A DNA stretch of 63,581 nt, filler included, from Choristocarpus tenellus KU-1152 (Eukaryota; Protista; Phaeophyceae): the NCBI GenBank assembly GCA_964200185.2. It is 13 parts of 13 records of this genome, joined end to end, with 100 filler letters (N's around TTAATTAATTAA, not from the genome) between each part and the next. Parts side by side here need not be neighbours in the genome. Positions count along the whole stretch, not along the records: positions 49,095 to 60,967 come from CAXNAD020002088.1; positions 61,068 to 63,581 come from CAXNAD020027166.1; 11 more parts are not named here. One strand, given 5' to 3'. Positions 51,540 through 63,581 of the stretch are shown here, in pieces (position 1 is the first letter of the stretch; the number at the start of each line of letters is the position of its first letter). The notes beneath the pieces were generated by a model, which searched no databases, had not been told where the DNA came from, and worked only from the letters and a program-made list of their open reading frames with translations. The position numbers were made by a program, and so were the translations under genes.

Positions 51540-54500
51540 TCTCTTGTCTTCATCCGGGTGTGTTTGTTTGCACTTGAAGGTACACCTTTTGTGTTGTGAT
51601 CTTCAGAATGGGTACCTACATGCTGTATACCATACTTCACCATTCCCCCTTACTGAGTTTGTTTCAAAGGCACTGATCCAAAAAATATGTATGTTGTTTT
51701 CTATCTCTCTCAAACAAACATAGTAAAATGCCACTAGATTACTTTCACTCCATGGTTAATCATCATAATCAATGCTTAATCATCACAATCAATATACTAC
51801 TATCATCATTCATAATCATACTTCAATAATCTTGGGCCAGGGCACCCACTAGGGTCATACCACAGTGTACCAAAAAAGACATGGAAGTGTTTTGCAAACG
51901 GCACCTCCTTCTCATTTTTGTTTTTTTATTACTATCAACACTATTTATCAACACTATTAATGAGTCAGTTTCCCAGTATTTTTGATACTATTATTACTAC
52001 TGCAATACTACTGAATGAGTCATTCCTTGTGTACAATGACACCCCCTATCCAAGTGTTACAACCTTTTCCAACCATCTATAATAATATTGTCATTCATAA
52101 AAAATAATATTATCATTGATAAAAACAAAACAAAAAGAAATCTAAACTCAACCTTGATTCCATTCCATTACTACTTTTTATCTTTTCACCACCTTCTAAG
52201 AACCGCGGTTCCCATCCACCAACAACACAAGGCTTGGGGTGCCTAACCTTTCAACTATGGGGATACCCTGCCATTAACATATCCACTCCTCCATACACCA
52301 TCACATAGCCAAAACATTTCCCAGGATGGGGTTGTTGTGACACCATGTACTATTCAAAACCAATATAGACTACAGTAGTCAAAATTGAAGTGCACAAAGT
52401 ACTAACAGCAACATTTTTCTCCACCTTAACCCTAACCCTAACCCTAACCCTAACCCTAACCCCAACCCCAACCCCAACTACAATCAATGAAACTCTGTTA
52501 CTAAGTTTTTATGCGATTTTAATCAAGTTTTTACAACTGTAGCAACCCATGCAGGTGTTGTCCGGGAGAACATTTTAGACAAAAAAAAAAAGTGACTGCG
52601 CCAAAAAACCTCTACCCCACTGATCAATCATATCAATACAATCAATATAATCAATATAATCAATATAATCAATATAATCATTATAATCAACAAGAGCCTC
52701 CACCATCCCACCTTCTTGAGTATACCAAAAACGTACCACCACCAATCTAAGTACAACAAGTACACACTAAGTACAACAAGTACACACTAAGTACAACAAG
52801 TACACACTAAGTACAACAAGTACACACTAAGTACAACAAGTACAATGGTAAGGACTTACAGAACCAAACAATCAGCCTACATCTACAAAAATACTATTAA
52901 CATTAATACTATCGACACTATTATCAAATCACTCTTGTGGGGGAGGGGGGGTTGCTCGGACGTACCAAAACCCTAACCCTAACCCTAACCCTAACCCCAA
53001 CCATAACCCTAACCATAATATCACTGACCACGCCAGTCTGAATGAAATCATACCCTCCACCCCCCAATCCACATCACCTCCGAATCCTCTGTATGATGCA
53101 CAGCAGTACTGATGTCAGATACTATCAAATACCATCAAACACTATCAAACACAATCAAAAAACAGATAGTAATAGACAGAAGCAAACCATATACACAGAA
53201 AAGGTCCCCCAACATAATCACAACAATAGCCTTGCAAACATAACCACACCAAACAATTGATTCTCACATTGGGCACCACCTGATCATCATTAACCTTGAG
53301 CTCCCACAATTGCCGCTGAAGATCCTGAATGTTTGCCAGTATTTCCTGCTCAAAAAAGAAAGGGGGGGGGGGGCAAAAAAATATATATATATATATATAT
53401 ATACTGTTAAGTGGTAAGGAAATGCAGGTGAGATTCATATTGCAATGCAACACGTGTACCAACAAGAGTATTAAAAAAAAATAGAAGAAATGCTGACTGA
53501 ACAAAAAAATTGTACAGGTTGAGAGTAAGATCATTTTGAGGTTGAGGTGACCAATAAAAGAACTATATTTTTTAGTAATTAGAGAGAAAAAAAAAACAGG
53601 GATGAGGACAGGGACAGCAGAGGCTCTGTAGAGAGGAATGGATGGCAAAAGCAGTGAACAAACAGTAAAAGAACAACACAACAACAAAAAATTGAATATT
53701 CACTTGCTCTCATGTCAAAAAATTGAACAATGTGCTGCCTCTCGTCTGTCAATTAAAAATTGAATATCCATGACCACCTTTAAAATATTTCACTGGTTGG
53801 GGCATGTTCCGACCAATCAAACCTTGCCAAGTGCACCTCATAGGTCAACTAAATTTTCCCCATGATATTGCTACATGAATCATAGCAATTCAAACTGCAC
53901 TTGGATCACAGGGGGAAAGGAAGGCGTTCTCGAGCAAAAGGTAACAGAAATACATACTAGTCTTACTGTAGCTGGGTAATACACGTACACCCATAATCCT
54001 ACAGCCTTTGCTGTGTTACATTATTTTTTATTTAATATCTTGGTGATAGTGGGGAGTGGTCAAAAGGGAGAACAAACTGATGACACACCCTGAGCAGAGG
54101 AGGAGTCCACCCATTACAAGAGTGTTCTCCCACCCACAGACTGCTGTGCAACTATCATGGTTACTAAACTGAACCTATTCATGCACCATAACACCTGATG
54201 AAGGTGAAAATCAAAATGAAATATATAAAAACTCTCTTACTAAATAGGAAGTAAGGGTAAACTACTTGTGCAAACTGGGATGTGACTGCAGTACTGAGCA
54301 AGTATGAGTCAGGCCGAATAACTAAAAATTAAAGAAAAAAAAACCTGCCTGCTCTGTGACACTCGGCGGCTCCTGATGTTCCTCTGTTCCCGGATGAGGT
54401 GTAGTTCGCACAGTGCCAGGCTCCAGGACAAACTCAGTACTATTTTTTATGCATGTTTGCATATTGGGAGAAAAAATCGATAGACTATTGTAAGAAACGG

Positions 54501-55773
54501 TAACCAAGGTCGATTGAATCAGAGAGAGTGTTGCACTGCTGTGCTCTGGCACGAGACCACAAGGTGTCCTCCTAACTATGAGAAGGGTCAATCAATTGTA
54601 ACTATTGGTTCAACTCCCAACAGGGATCTGAAGCATACATTATCTCAGCCTCATGAACAAATGGCACTGGGATGTGTTAAAAAAAGATCAAACACACTTA
54701 CATGCTACATCACGTACTCAATATCAGGGGGAAAGTCGCAGGTCACAAGACAGGGTCGAGGGCATTGTAGCCCTTGAGGTGTTCATGATGTGCAAACCGG
54801 TTAGAAAAAGTTCATTTACTAGCAATCGCAACCCAAGGTTTCCAAAAATTAGCATTTCTCTTCTTCCCAGCAGTTACTGGAAAGCATATTAGAGAGCACC
54901 ACCCAATTAAGGATGTACAGGACCTGCGTCGAAATGAGGCGAATTTCGCCTTCAGGCGATGGATAGAGCAAGCAATATTGAGCAAGGTAGTAACATATCT
55001 ATAGCAAACGTACAGCATCACCCTGAGCGATGTCACAATAAAGTAGAACAGTTTCACACCATGCACACAAAGTCTTCGCTTGCCCAAACACTCGTGCACT
55101 TGCTTGAATGTGACAGGCACTTGGGACAAAGGTCGAGATTGGGTAGTGGATGTGTCGCCTGAGTCAGTAGTCATCATTGTCTCCTCCACGGAATCCCCGG
55201 CCATTGTGCTCGTCACAGTAGGCGTCGAGGCCCCCACGGGACCTGCGTGGCTTCCGTTTAACACGGCCAAGTCCACAGAGGGAGCATTTGCTGGACGAGC
55301 TGCCAGGAAGAGGGAACAGGAGAAGAGGAGTATGATGAGGGCAAGAAAGTCAGATCACCAGAAAATTCAACACCAATCCCACATTGGGATGGTAGTAGGT
55401 GAACACTTGACTTCACTGCCGAACATGAACGCGTAAGAGATAACGAGAAAAGCAACTTCCACTACTTTTGACAACGAAGGTAACTCAGTAGCCGCAATTC
55501 TGTATCCAGGTCGTACGAACAACCGGAGATGGTCCATACAGAGGGGGCAAGCGTTGATCCTTACAAAATCATCCCCAGTCCTTTTCCATCCGTGCCTGTC
55601 ATTCCCGAACTAGACTGGGAAGAGATGGTGAAGCCCGATGACCCTGAGTTTCTCCTCCCTGAGCTAGGTGATCTTGACTCAAACCCCAAACCTCTAGCAG
55701 AGGGGTCGGCAGAGGTGCGACTTACCTGCCCTCGAAGGGGCGGTGAGCCCCGCTTTCCTCTTGGTGAGTTCAT
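51540..55773 (-). CDS. Probable upstream exons forming a long low-complexity N-terminal extension of the TPS gene (~55773-55566, ~55298-55099, ~54430-54349, ~53345-53280, ~51614-51540)
   Basis: Same strand as TPS, with splice-bounded S/T/G-rich segments and EILANIQDLQRQLWELKVNDDQ. The exact structure is unresolved. Confidence 0.45.
52426..52477. repeat. Interstitial telomere-like (CCCTAA)n; also ~14012-14030, 14308-14341, 17780-17805, 49387-49407, 52969-53015
   Basis: Short TTAGGG/CCCTAA runs in introns. Confidence 0.85.
52747..52844. repeat. 20-bp tandem repeat (CTAAGTACAACAAGTACACA) x~5
   Basis: Direct inspection. Confidence 0.9.
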
Positions 55774-56164
55774 ACCAAAGTAGAAAAACGACGTTGAAGT
55801 CGACTACTAACCTAACAACCACCCTCCCGAATCCCACCCTTGCACTCCCTCCCACACGCCAGGATATTCCAGATCTTGATTTGGCCCTCCCGCTTGAGCA
55901 TACCTTCCTGGTGGGCTCTTCGGCCCTTATTCCTGTTTCCCCCTTCCCCCCCTACAGACAACCAAATCTCGCTCTCTAAGTGTCTGAGAGGGAAAGTTTG
56001 AGTTAGTACGGTCTAGATCTAGAGTTTGTTGTGATGAACTCTTTTATTTCTGGATTCACTTCTTTTTTATAACAAAATATCAAATTTTCACATCACAAAA
56101 AATATAAGAAAACGACCCTAAAAACATTATCAGTGATGGAGAGTTGAGGGAAATAACCAGAATA

Positions 56165-56950
56165 ACTGGTCAAATCGAGGATGCGGGTTCAAGGGTTCAA
56201 TCTCTAACAGCTGTCGACGTATGTTGTTAAACCATGGACCTGAATATTCGGATGGTCAACGCGAAAATGGTGGAGGTACTGTATGGCTGTAGGAGGTGGA
56301 AATTCGACGACAGACCGCCACACCTTCACCATTGCATTGGCCTCCATAGACGGCAATGTGCATACGGGTCACCCCCTGCTGTACAGAAAAGCACTGGTAA
56401 GAATGACTGTGAGAGTATCCAGGTGACTCTACGCAAGCGGAATGTGCTATTTGCAGGGTTCATGGTGGTTGGTGCTCACACGTAGTAAAAACTTTGTGTT
56501 TAAGGAAGTTGCAGCTAATAAATCTAAGGGGAAGGGGAGGACAACAGCAAACAAATTATGATGGAGCCTTCAAAATTGACCTTTGGTGTTTGGGCATCCC
56601 AGTTGAAAAGTGGGGTTTACTTCCCGAAGATCAAGCAAACCGTACAGATCCTTGGCAATCAACATTGACACAATGTTCATAGTGTGTGGCACACAGGACC
56701 TTGGGCGAGCAAAAAGTGTCCCCTTGTATATACGCTTTAATGACCTGCAAAAGATGTATGACCTTGTAGACCACGACCTCCTTTGGATTATACTGGTCAA
56801 ATTTGATTTGCCTCCCAAGGTGAATTGGGTCAATCGTCAATTCCACGTTGGAATGTGAACTTAAGTACAAATGATGGATGCTGGGAAGTGCACAATATGG
56901 TTTGGCATGGAGTGTGGCCTTAACCAAGTGTGTGCAATACTCTCTCTGGT
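56165..56950 (+). mobile_element. Decayed RTE-clade LINE reverse transcriptase fragments
   Basis: IDTMFIV..TQDLGR..SVPLYIRFNDLQKMYDLVDHDLLWIILVKFDLP....RQFHVGM (F.DL.KAYDSV motif), plus the post-RT segment CESIQVTLRKRNVLFAGFM. Confidence 0.8.
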
Positions 56951-57439
56951 CCAGGAGAAAAATGACGGGGGGGCTTGGTGTGTGGCTCTCATACCGAACT
57001 GCCTAATGTATTTTTTTTGTCATACGCATGTGAAAGTTTGAATTATCAGCTTTCAAACAAAACCCATCTCAACGTCTGAGCGTTTGACATTCTTAATAAC
57101 GGTGTCAGTGGAAGTAGAATCTTGTTGCAGGGTGTGAAAATTAGGCCTGAAAAGTAAAATCGTGCAGTGGCATTTGTTTGCCTTTGTGTGACTAATGTGA
57201 TTGTAAAACACCAGAATTTCAATTTCTCAATATCGAATGCACCAACTGATGCCAGAGTTGGCACAATAGGAAAGGCAAAACACATCCACCATCATAAGCG
57301 GGCACCTGCCATCGGAAGCTACTGTCTTAGGCAAGGTCCAACAAGGAGCGGTGAAGTGTGGAATGTCTGCAACGATGTTGGGTTGGTTGGTGGTGAAGAT
57401 GCCATCACAATGACTGGATATTGGCAGGATAAGGGTGCA

Positions 57440-58400
57440 GCCTCTGGTCGCTAAGGACGACCTGTAGCAATCCCATAAGAGATTAATGCAATTGAAGTAG
57501 TCCCTGTGCTCGAACGGACCAATGAGAGGAGATAGGCTGCGGCGGCCAGTATCACCAAACAGAAGATAAGGAGGTATATCGAGGAGGTGGGGGTCATGCC
57601 ATATTTAAAGAGTCATCAAGCCCTTCCTATCTAACCAAGTCGAGGTTGATAGGGTGACCTTCGTCATGAGCAGCATCCTGAAAAAGGGTACAGGGCACGT
57701 GTTTGACTCCATGTTTGACAGGAGTCCATCTGGATGAAAAATGAACTGACCTGATTTCTAACCATAAAAAGGTTTTACCTCAGGCCTAGAGAGCCTCCTA
57801 AATGCCCTCACGTTATAACCAAGTCACACATGCCAAAAGTGATGTTTCATACCACAAATGCAGACCCCTGTGTTGGGGGGTCGGGGAAGATCAGTATTTG
57901 GCCACTGACAGAGTCAGTTGCGGTAATGTGATTGCACCCAAAGGTACCATTGCCTGTCAATGGGACAGGTTATTTTGACGAGAAATGCTCACAGAGAAGG
58001 CCCTGCCACCTGCAGTGTCCCACCCATACCTGTTGGTGGGGAGTGTCTCTTCCTTCGTGATGAAAATGCAAGGCCGGATACAACATCTGCCAAGAAAGCA
58101 ATTGCTGATTGACCCTCTGCTAGGGGCTACTCAATATATGTGCTCAAGCAACCTGCCTAGTCCCTAGATATGAACACTCTGGACCGTGGATTCTTTCGCT
58201 CACTGCAGACCAGGGCAGACTAGATTGCCTCCAACAGCATTGATTACCTTGTGAAAAACGTGAGTACTACCAGGAGTAAGATGCTAAGACCCATTGAAAG
58301 GTGTGGCAAACTCTCTTTTACACAATACAAGGTTCTGAATCCTTGGGCGACAGTAATATTTTCAAGGGAGTGCACAAGAAGCAGGAGGATAGGTAGAGAG
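57440..58400 (+). pseudogene. Plant-type DD39D mariner transposase remnant
   Basis: Across frameshifts: FDSMFD..VHLDEK, FYLRPREPP...KSHMPKVMF, GKISIWPL and QPA*S.DMNTLDRGFFRSLQ. Confidence 0.78.
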
Positions 58401-59019
58401 TAGTGCGTATATATAGGTCGTTGGTGGCCAAGGGAATGGTGTTCCCTGCAGGCTGCAGGGAAGAACCTAGAGAGTGGGGTGTACTGATTCGTTTTCTATC
58501 AATTTATTAACAGAGCTTAACAACAATGTGTATAGACTTATCCCGTATCCTCAGGCCTTCAATGACTTAGGGGTGGTCTACTAGCCTGCCCATTTCATGC
58601 TTGTTTATTTTACCGAACCAAAGGAAGTGTAACCTTGTTCTAAAACTTTATGAAGCTCTGTAAAGGACCTTATTCCTTGGAAAGGACAAATAGATGGTCC
58701 TCTGAGGAGAGTTCCTTGAGGAACAACATGTAGCGATGTTATATGGAGAAGGCCTCATCCTGAAGTGAGTAAGAATGTAGAAGTAACAGATGGATTTGAC
58801 TCCTGCGACTGCATATTATCTGGGTCGACCTAGGTTAGGTACCGTGAATACAAATAAGAAATACAGAGAAGAATATCAAAGGAGGAACTTTCGTGTCTCA
58901 CCCCCTCGTCTTGTTTCTGAGTCAGCGCCTAGTTAGATTTAAACCTGTGCATACACCTGCGAACTATCTGACACGTATATCAACATAAGTGTACATGGCA
59001 ACAGTTCTAACATATCTTT

Positions 59020-60900
59020 CTAGTGTTCTAACAAGATAGCATACACCATCTCTACGACGGGTCCTCTCGGTCCAGCGTAGCCCTTGTGGCATGGTACTGA
59101 CGGATCATCAGGGAAGCATTCGTCGATATCCAAACCTGATGTAGTTAGAGGGGAGAGTCGTGACAGTCTGTCTGGTAGCTCATGCTTCGAACCTGCTCGC
59201 CACTTCAGCTTCATGTCATGGTTCATGAGTCGGAGGGCCCACCTGTGGAGCTTGGGGCTAAGTCCACGACTCTTAAAGAGCCAAGTCAGGGCTGAGCAGT
59301 CAGTAATTATAGTGAATTTCCTACCCCAAATGTAGGAGCGGAAGTGTTCTACGGCCCACAAGATAGCCATGCATTCTCTTTCGGTTGGTTCCCTTCTACT
59401 GTCTCTTCTAGGCCATCTGTGGTTACCATAATGCTGTGATATGTTCTTGGTCATCATCCTGCACCTGTCAGAGTTCCTCCAGCCCTCACTCGCATCTGTA
59501 TGGAGAAGCAACGGTTTATCCCAGTCTGGGAAGACTAGGATTGGTGGGGAAATCAGACGTAACTTAAGTTCTTCAAATGCCTTCTGTTCGTCTGGCCTCC
59601 AAGGGATGCTCTTGTTCTTGTCTCTTTTGGAAGCATACCCTCTATTCCGAAGAATGTCAGTTAGTGGTGCAGCTACCTGGCTATAGTTCCGAACAAACTG
59701 TAGCATGTATCCTGCCATGCCCAAAAAACTTCTTAGCTGCTCAACTCTCAATGGGGGATCAAGTTTTGCTACTGCTATTATTTTTTATGGGGCGGGGTTC
59801 AGGCCATCTCTACCCACCTTCATCCCTACAAGTTTCCTGTGAGGGCATGCACCACAGGGATTTTAGGAAATTCACAGATAACCCATATTGCTTGAGTCTG
59901 GTCAGTAGGAGGCGGAGTTTGGTCATGTGCTCATCATATGACCGAAGTGTAGCAAAAGAGGTTATCTAGCCAGTTCTCTATACCGTTTCCTTTGAGTTAT
60001 CCCAACGCCTCTCTCGTGAAACTAGAGAATGCTGCAGGTAAGATTTTCAAGACAAAGCCACACCTGTTATACTCCCATAGGTGTCCATGAGCATCACGGA
60101 AGGCTGTCTAGTGTTTGTCTGTCTACCTCAGCTATCTCCAGTTGGAAAAATCCTGATGCTAAATCTATGGCTGTGAAATAGCTGGAACCCTCAAGATAAT
60201 CAAAGATGCTAGCAATATTCCCAAGACCCCCGCTATCACTACGTGAGATATCATTGAGCATTCTTTAGTCTGTGCAGAACCTGAGGGTCCCATCTTTCTT
60301 TCCTACTGCTACAACTGCTGCTGCCCACGCTGAGGTGGAAGGTCTAATTATACCACATTCTTGTAACTGCTTAACTTCTGCCTGAGTTTCTTCAGGAGAG
60401 AAGAGCCTTTGCTTTGCTGCATAGGCTGTACAGCTCTCGTCTACGAGTGGTATATGCAATACTCCTCTAGAGTATGGGGGAACTCTTTTAGGGTCTTCTG
60501 GGAATACCCCTAAATTCCTAAATTCCTCAAACAGTTCCACGAACTGTTCTTTCTGTCTTGGTGTCAACTGTCCCATATTGGCATCACTAAGACTCGCCGA
60601 TTGATGCCGAACTTCCATGACTTCATCTGAGGGAGCGTCGTCTATCTCTTCTATTGGGCATTCGCTGGTCTCGTCTGGTCCTGGAAGGTGACTTGGCTGG
60701 GAACTAGATGTGGCAAGCAAGAAGACCTGTGTTCTTTGGGGACCTTGGGAGGGTTGGTTAGTGTCTGAAAGAGTGCAACCATCCTCTCCGTATCATGAGT
60801 ATCCAGAGCAATCGCCTTTGCAACTAGCAACCCCGCTTGGACACTATTTGGTCTATTGCACGTGTTTACCTGCTTGCAATAGATGGGGGTACCTGGGTCC
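59020..60900 (-). mobile_element. Ty3/gypsy retrotransposon pol remnant (RT + RNase H)
   Basis: GIIRPSTSAWAAAVVAVGKKDGTLRFCTD, FTAIDLASGFFQ, LRSFLGMAGY, LLHTDAS, ERECMAILWAVEHFRSYIWGRKFTIITDCSALTWL and RWALRL, with stops and frameshifts. No LTR identified. Confidence 0.92.
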
Positions 60901-60905
60901 CATTA

Positions 60906-60967
60906 GAGTGAAACTATCTTAGAGGGTAGAGCCGCGTCCATTTAACAGGGATTTCTCGAAATTGAGG
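60906..60967. mobile_element. M1-like short arm truncating the gypsy element at a contig end
   Basis: GAGTGAAACTATCT-16 bp (TAGAGGGTAGAGCCGC)-GTCCATTT, then sequence unlike the M1 body. Confidence 0.7.
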
Positions 60968-61747
60968 NNNNNNNNNNNNNNNNNNNNNNNNNNNNNNNNN
61001 NNNNNNNNNNNTTAATTAATTAANNNNNNNNNNNNNNNNNNNNNNNNNNNNNNNNNNNNNNNNNNNNGGGTTCGCCCTGGTGGTCATCAGATGGGGAGGG
61101 GACTGGAAATCAGTGATGAAGGGGGTTCGCACTGGTGGAGCATTAGAGTTGGGGGGTAAATAGGAAACCAGTGGCGAAGAGGTCACACTGGGCTGGTCAG
61201 AAGTGGGGATATATGGGGAAGGGAAGGGGAATGAGTGAATTGCAAACAAGGAATAATAATAATATTCCAGAATTCGTGAGCAAAACAACCCCCCCTCTTT
61301 CAGTTACCACTTGTTCACTCCTTTCCTGAGTGATCTTCTGAGGGGTTGCTCTCCCTCTTGACTTGTGTCTCTCCTTTTCTTTGCCTCCTGTGGGTCTTCT
61401 CATTCCCCTTCATTACGAAGAATCTGTCGGCTTGTTTCCATCTGTTTCAGAATTATACATTTAATATTACAAGAATACGAATGTATAAAAGATCATCGAA
61501 GTTTGCATTTTTTTGTTTTTACCTTGCCACAGACACGCCTTCGAAAAACACTTCAATTGACAATTTTAAACTCCTTTCCTCATTTTCTGATGTAGTATCG
61601 CTCCAATGTGTGCCCCTTATTGCATCTCGTGCACCTGTAATACGCCGTACTCGGGAGGGGTCGGATGGTGGGAGTTCGTGGGGAAATCAGAACGCAGTTT
61701 AGGCTAGGGGGTTGGAACATTAGAATCATTTTGCTTTGAAAGATAGT

Positions 61748-63147
61748 ATGGCAAAGTGCCACAAGCTTCGAAAAAGCAGTATGCAAGGTGGGACACACAT
61801 CTCCTCTCGCCAGGGCAAAGCCCTAGCCGCTGCGCGTATTCAGGTATGTAGAGCGCTCACCGAAGAGATGAGGATATGTTGGAACTATCGAGTGTCAAGC
61901 CATCTCGATTAGCTCCCTCACCCAAATTTGGTCATGCAAGTAAGTGAGTTGAAAAGTTTTCACAGATTTCACATGTAGTGTGAGAAGGTGTGCCTAGAAT
62001 ATTGGGCATCTGTATTTCATTAGAGTGATGACCTCATCTCTATGATCGAGCTAACGAGGCTCATGTCCCCCCCCCCTGTAAACAGGCTATGTATCGTGGT
62101 ACAAGGACGCGAAACCGTGTGGTACGGTCTGCTCTGGTGGCGTACGAGGAGGCCTGCGAGAGGATCGGTCAAGAATCTGGGGTGCCGCTAAGTTACTGCT
62201 TTGATCCGGAACTCATTCCTCTTTGGATACGGAAGAAGATGTCCTTTGCCAGCTCTGTTGTCATGAGCCCGATCAATGGCAACACCACATCCTCAGAGAA
62301 TGGAACCGACGATGAAGTATGCATTACCCCTGGAAGCCCTTTTGTCACTAGTCGTGAGGAATGGGACATTAGAAAGTCGAAAGATCTGAACGATTTCTTA
62401 GAAGACCTGACATACAGTGATGGTGATGCGGAGGACGACCGTGCCAGATCCACAGACCACACTGCACCCTCCAAGGATAACGCTGGCCTGTCGTTTCCAC
62501 AACCTGGTGTAGATGCTGCTTGCACCCCACATGGAGGGTCTTGCAGAGAAGATGATTGTGTATGCCCCCACAATATTGAAAGTGCTGGCTATACTAGCAA
62601 CAGTGATGAGCTAGGCAATTCTCTGAGAAATACCTGTGCCTCTTCACCCTCCCTTGGAGTCTTAGAGGTACGTCCACGTCATGTTGACCATGATCTCGAA
62701 ATTTCAGGATCACCTCAACCCTCTGTCTCCAGCAGTGCAGAGGGTTTGCTCCGTGGGGAATTCATCAGGGTGTCGGAAAGCTTTTCCTGTGGCCCGGTGG
62801 AAAGGAGCTCAACTTTTTTGTTGGAACATCCTGGAAGTGTTGAGATGGAGGCAGTTTTGGGGAAAGGATTGGAGACAGAGACAGAAATTGGGGCGTGGCC
62901 AGGTGGTGTAAGGGGAAAGGGTGAAGAGGGGTGCAATAGTGGGGTAGTAGGTGCACTGGGTGATGCTGGGGCATCAATGGTAATAGGACCAAGAGGGCTT
63001 GCAATCACTGCGGACTCTTCGTTGGGTAGTCAGCATCGAGGTCTTGAGGCAATGCATGATGGGGTGGGAGGGTGGGAAAGAGGAAGCTTCAATGAGCTTG
63101 AAGCGGAACTGCAGTGGGTTCGTGGGGCACTGGAGAGCAGGATCAAG
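61748..63147 (+). CDS. IQ-motif protein, IQCC-like (exons 61748-61843, 62086-63147; 3' end missing)
   Basis: Splicing creates the IQ motif AAARIQ-AMYRGTRTR followed by AYEEAC. The C-terminal ELEAELQWVRGALESRIK resembles the IQCC EL.W..QAI.SR motif. Confidence 0.7.
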
Positions 63148-63581
63148 GTGTGGTGTTTGGGGGGAGACAACAAAGTTGGAAAGGGTGAGGTTGGGTAACA
63201 CGTACGTGCTCCTTGTCCACTCTCATGTTCTATTTTTTTTTCTCCCTCGTACTCAGAACGATGCATGCTCTTGGAATTATGGATCGCCGAGATGTTTAGA
63301 AGTTGATGTTTCGGAATTAGAGCAGGAGATCAAGCAGTGGGGCGTGAATTGACTAGGTTTTCGAGTGGCGATCAGGACCTCAACATTCTCTCACCTCAAA
63401 GAGTTCCTGAAGTACAGCATCCTGTACTAGATGCTTCTTGTACGAATCCCATCTCACTGAGAGAGGAAATAATCAATTTTGGTGTTATTCTCGCTGCAAA
63501 GTCAGAGGTAGACCATGCCTACAATTGCCGCATCATTCCCCTTGATCAATTGTTGACACGCACCCCCCTTACACTCTGTCC

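Noticed and set aside
52426-53015. True telomere
   Set aside because: Short, degenerate, and internal to a gene's intron.

Overview
This window is not one locus. It is 13 short eukaryotic contigs joined by artificial 100-bp linkers (44 N + TTAATTAATTAA + 44 N). Intron-rich GT-AG genes, interstitial (TTAGGG)n, microsatellite-rich introns and the TE types suggest a stramenopile, probably a brown alga (inference). Most ORF-track entries are spurious, so real genes were rebuilt from phase-compatible exons. They are an RCC1-repeat + UBR-type Zn-finger protein, NELF-C/D (TH1), an SLC35F5/THI74-like transporter, trehalose-6-phosphate synthase, an IQCC-like IQ protein, two coiled-coil proteins and an intronic tRNA-Leu(AAG). 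Mobile DNA includes two decayed copies of an intron-rich DUF7869/Sola-like DDD transposase, an IS630/Tc1-like remnant, a plant-type DD39D mariner remnant, RTE-LINE fragments and a Ty3/gypsy pol remnant. The most notable signal is a set of at least three related 180-260 bp non-autonomous element families, about 21 ends in this window. Their internal sequences differ but they share asymmetric bipartite ends: G-N4-AAAGTATCT-spacer-GTCCATTTGGGG. The spacer is about 16 bp at one end and 26-29 bp at the other, roughly one helical turn apart and reminiscent of a 12/23-type rule. Many contigs break inside these elements.
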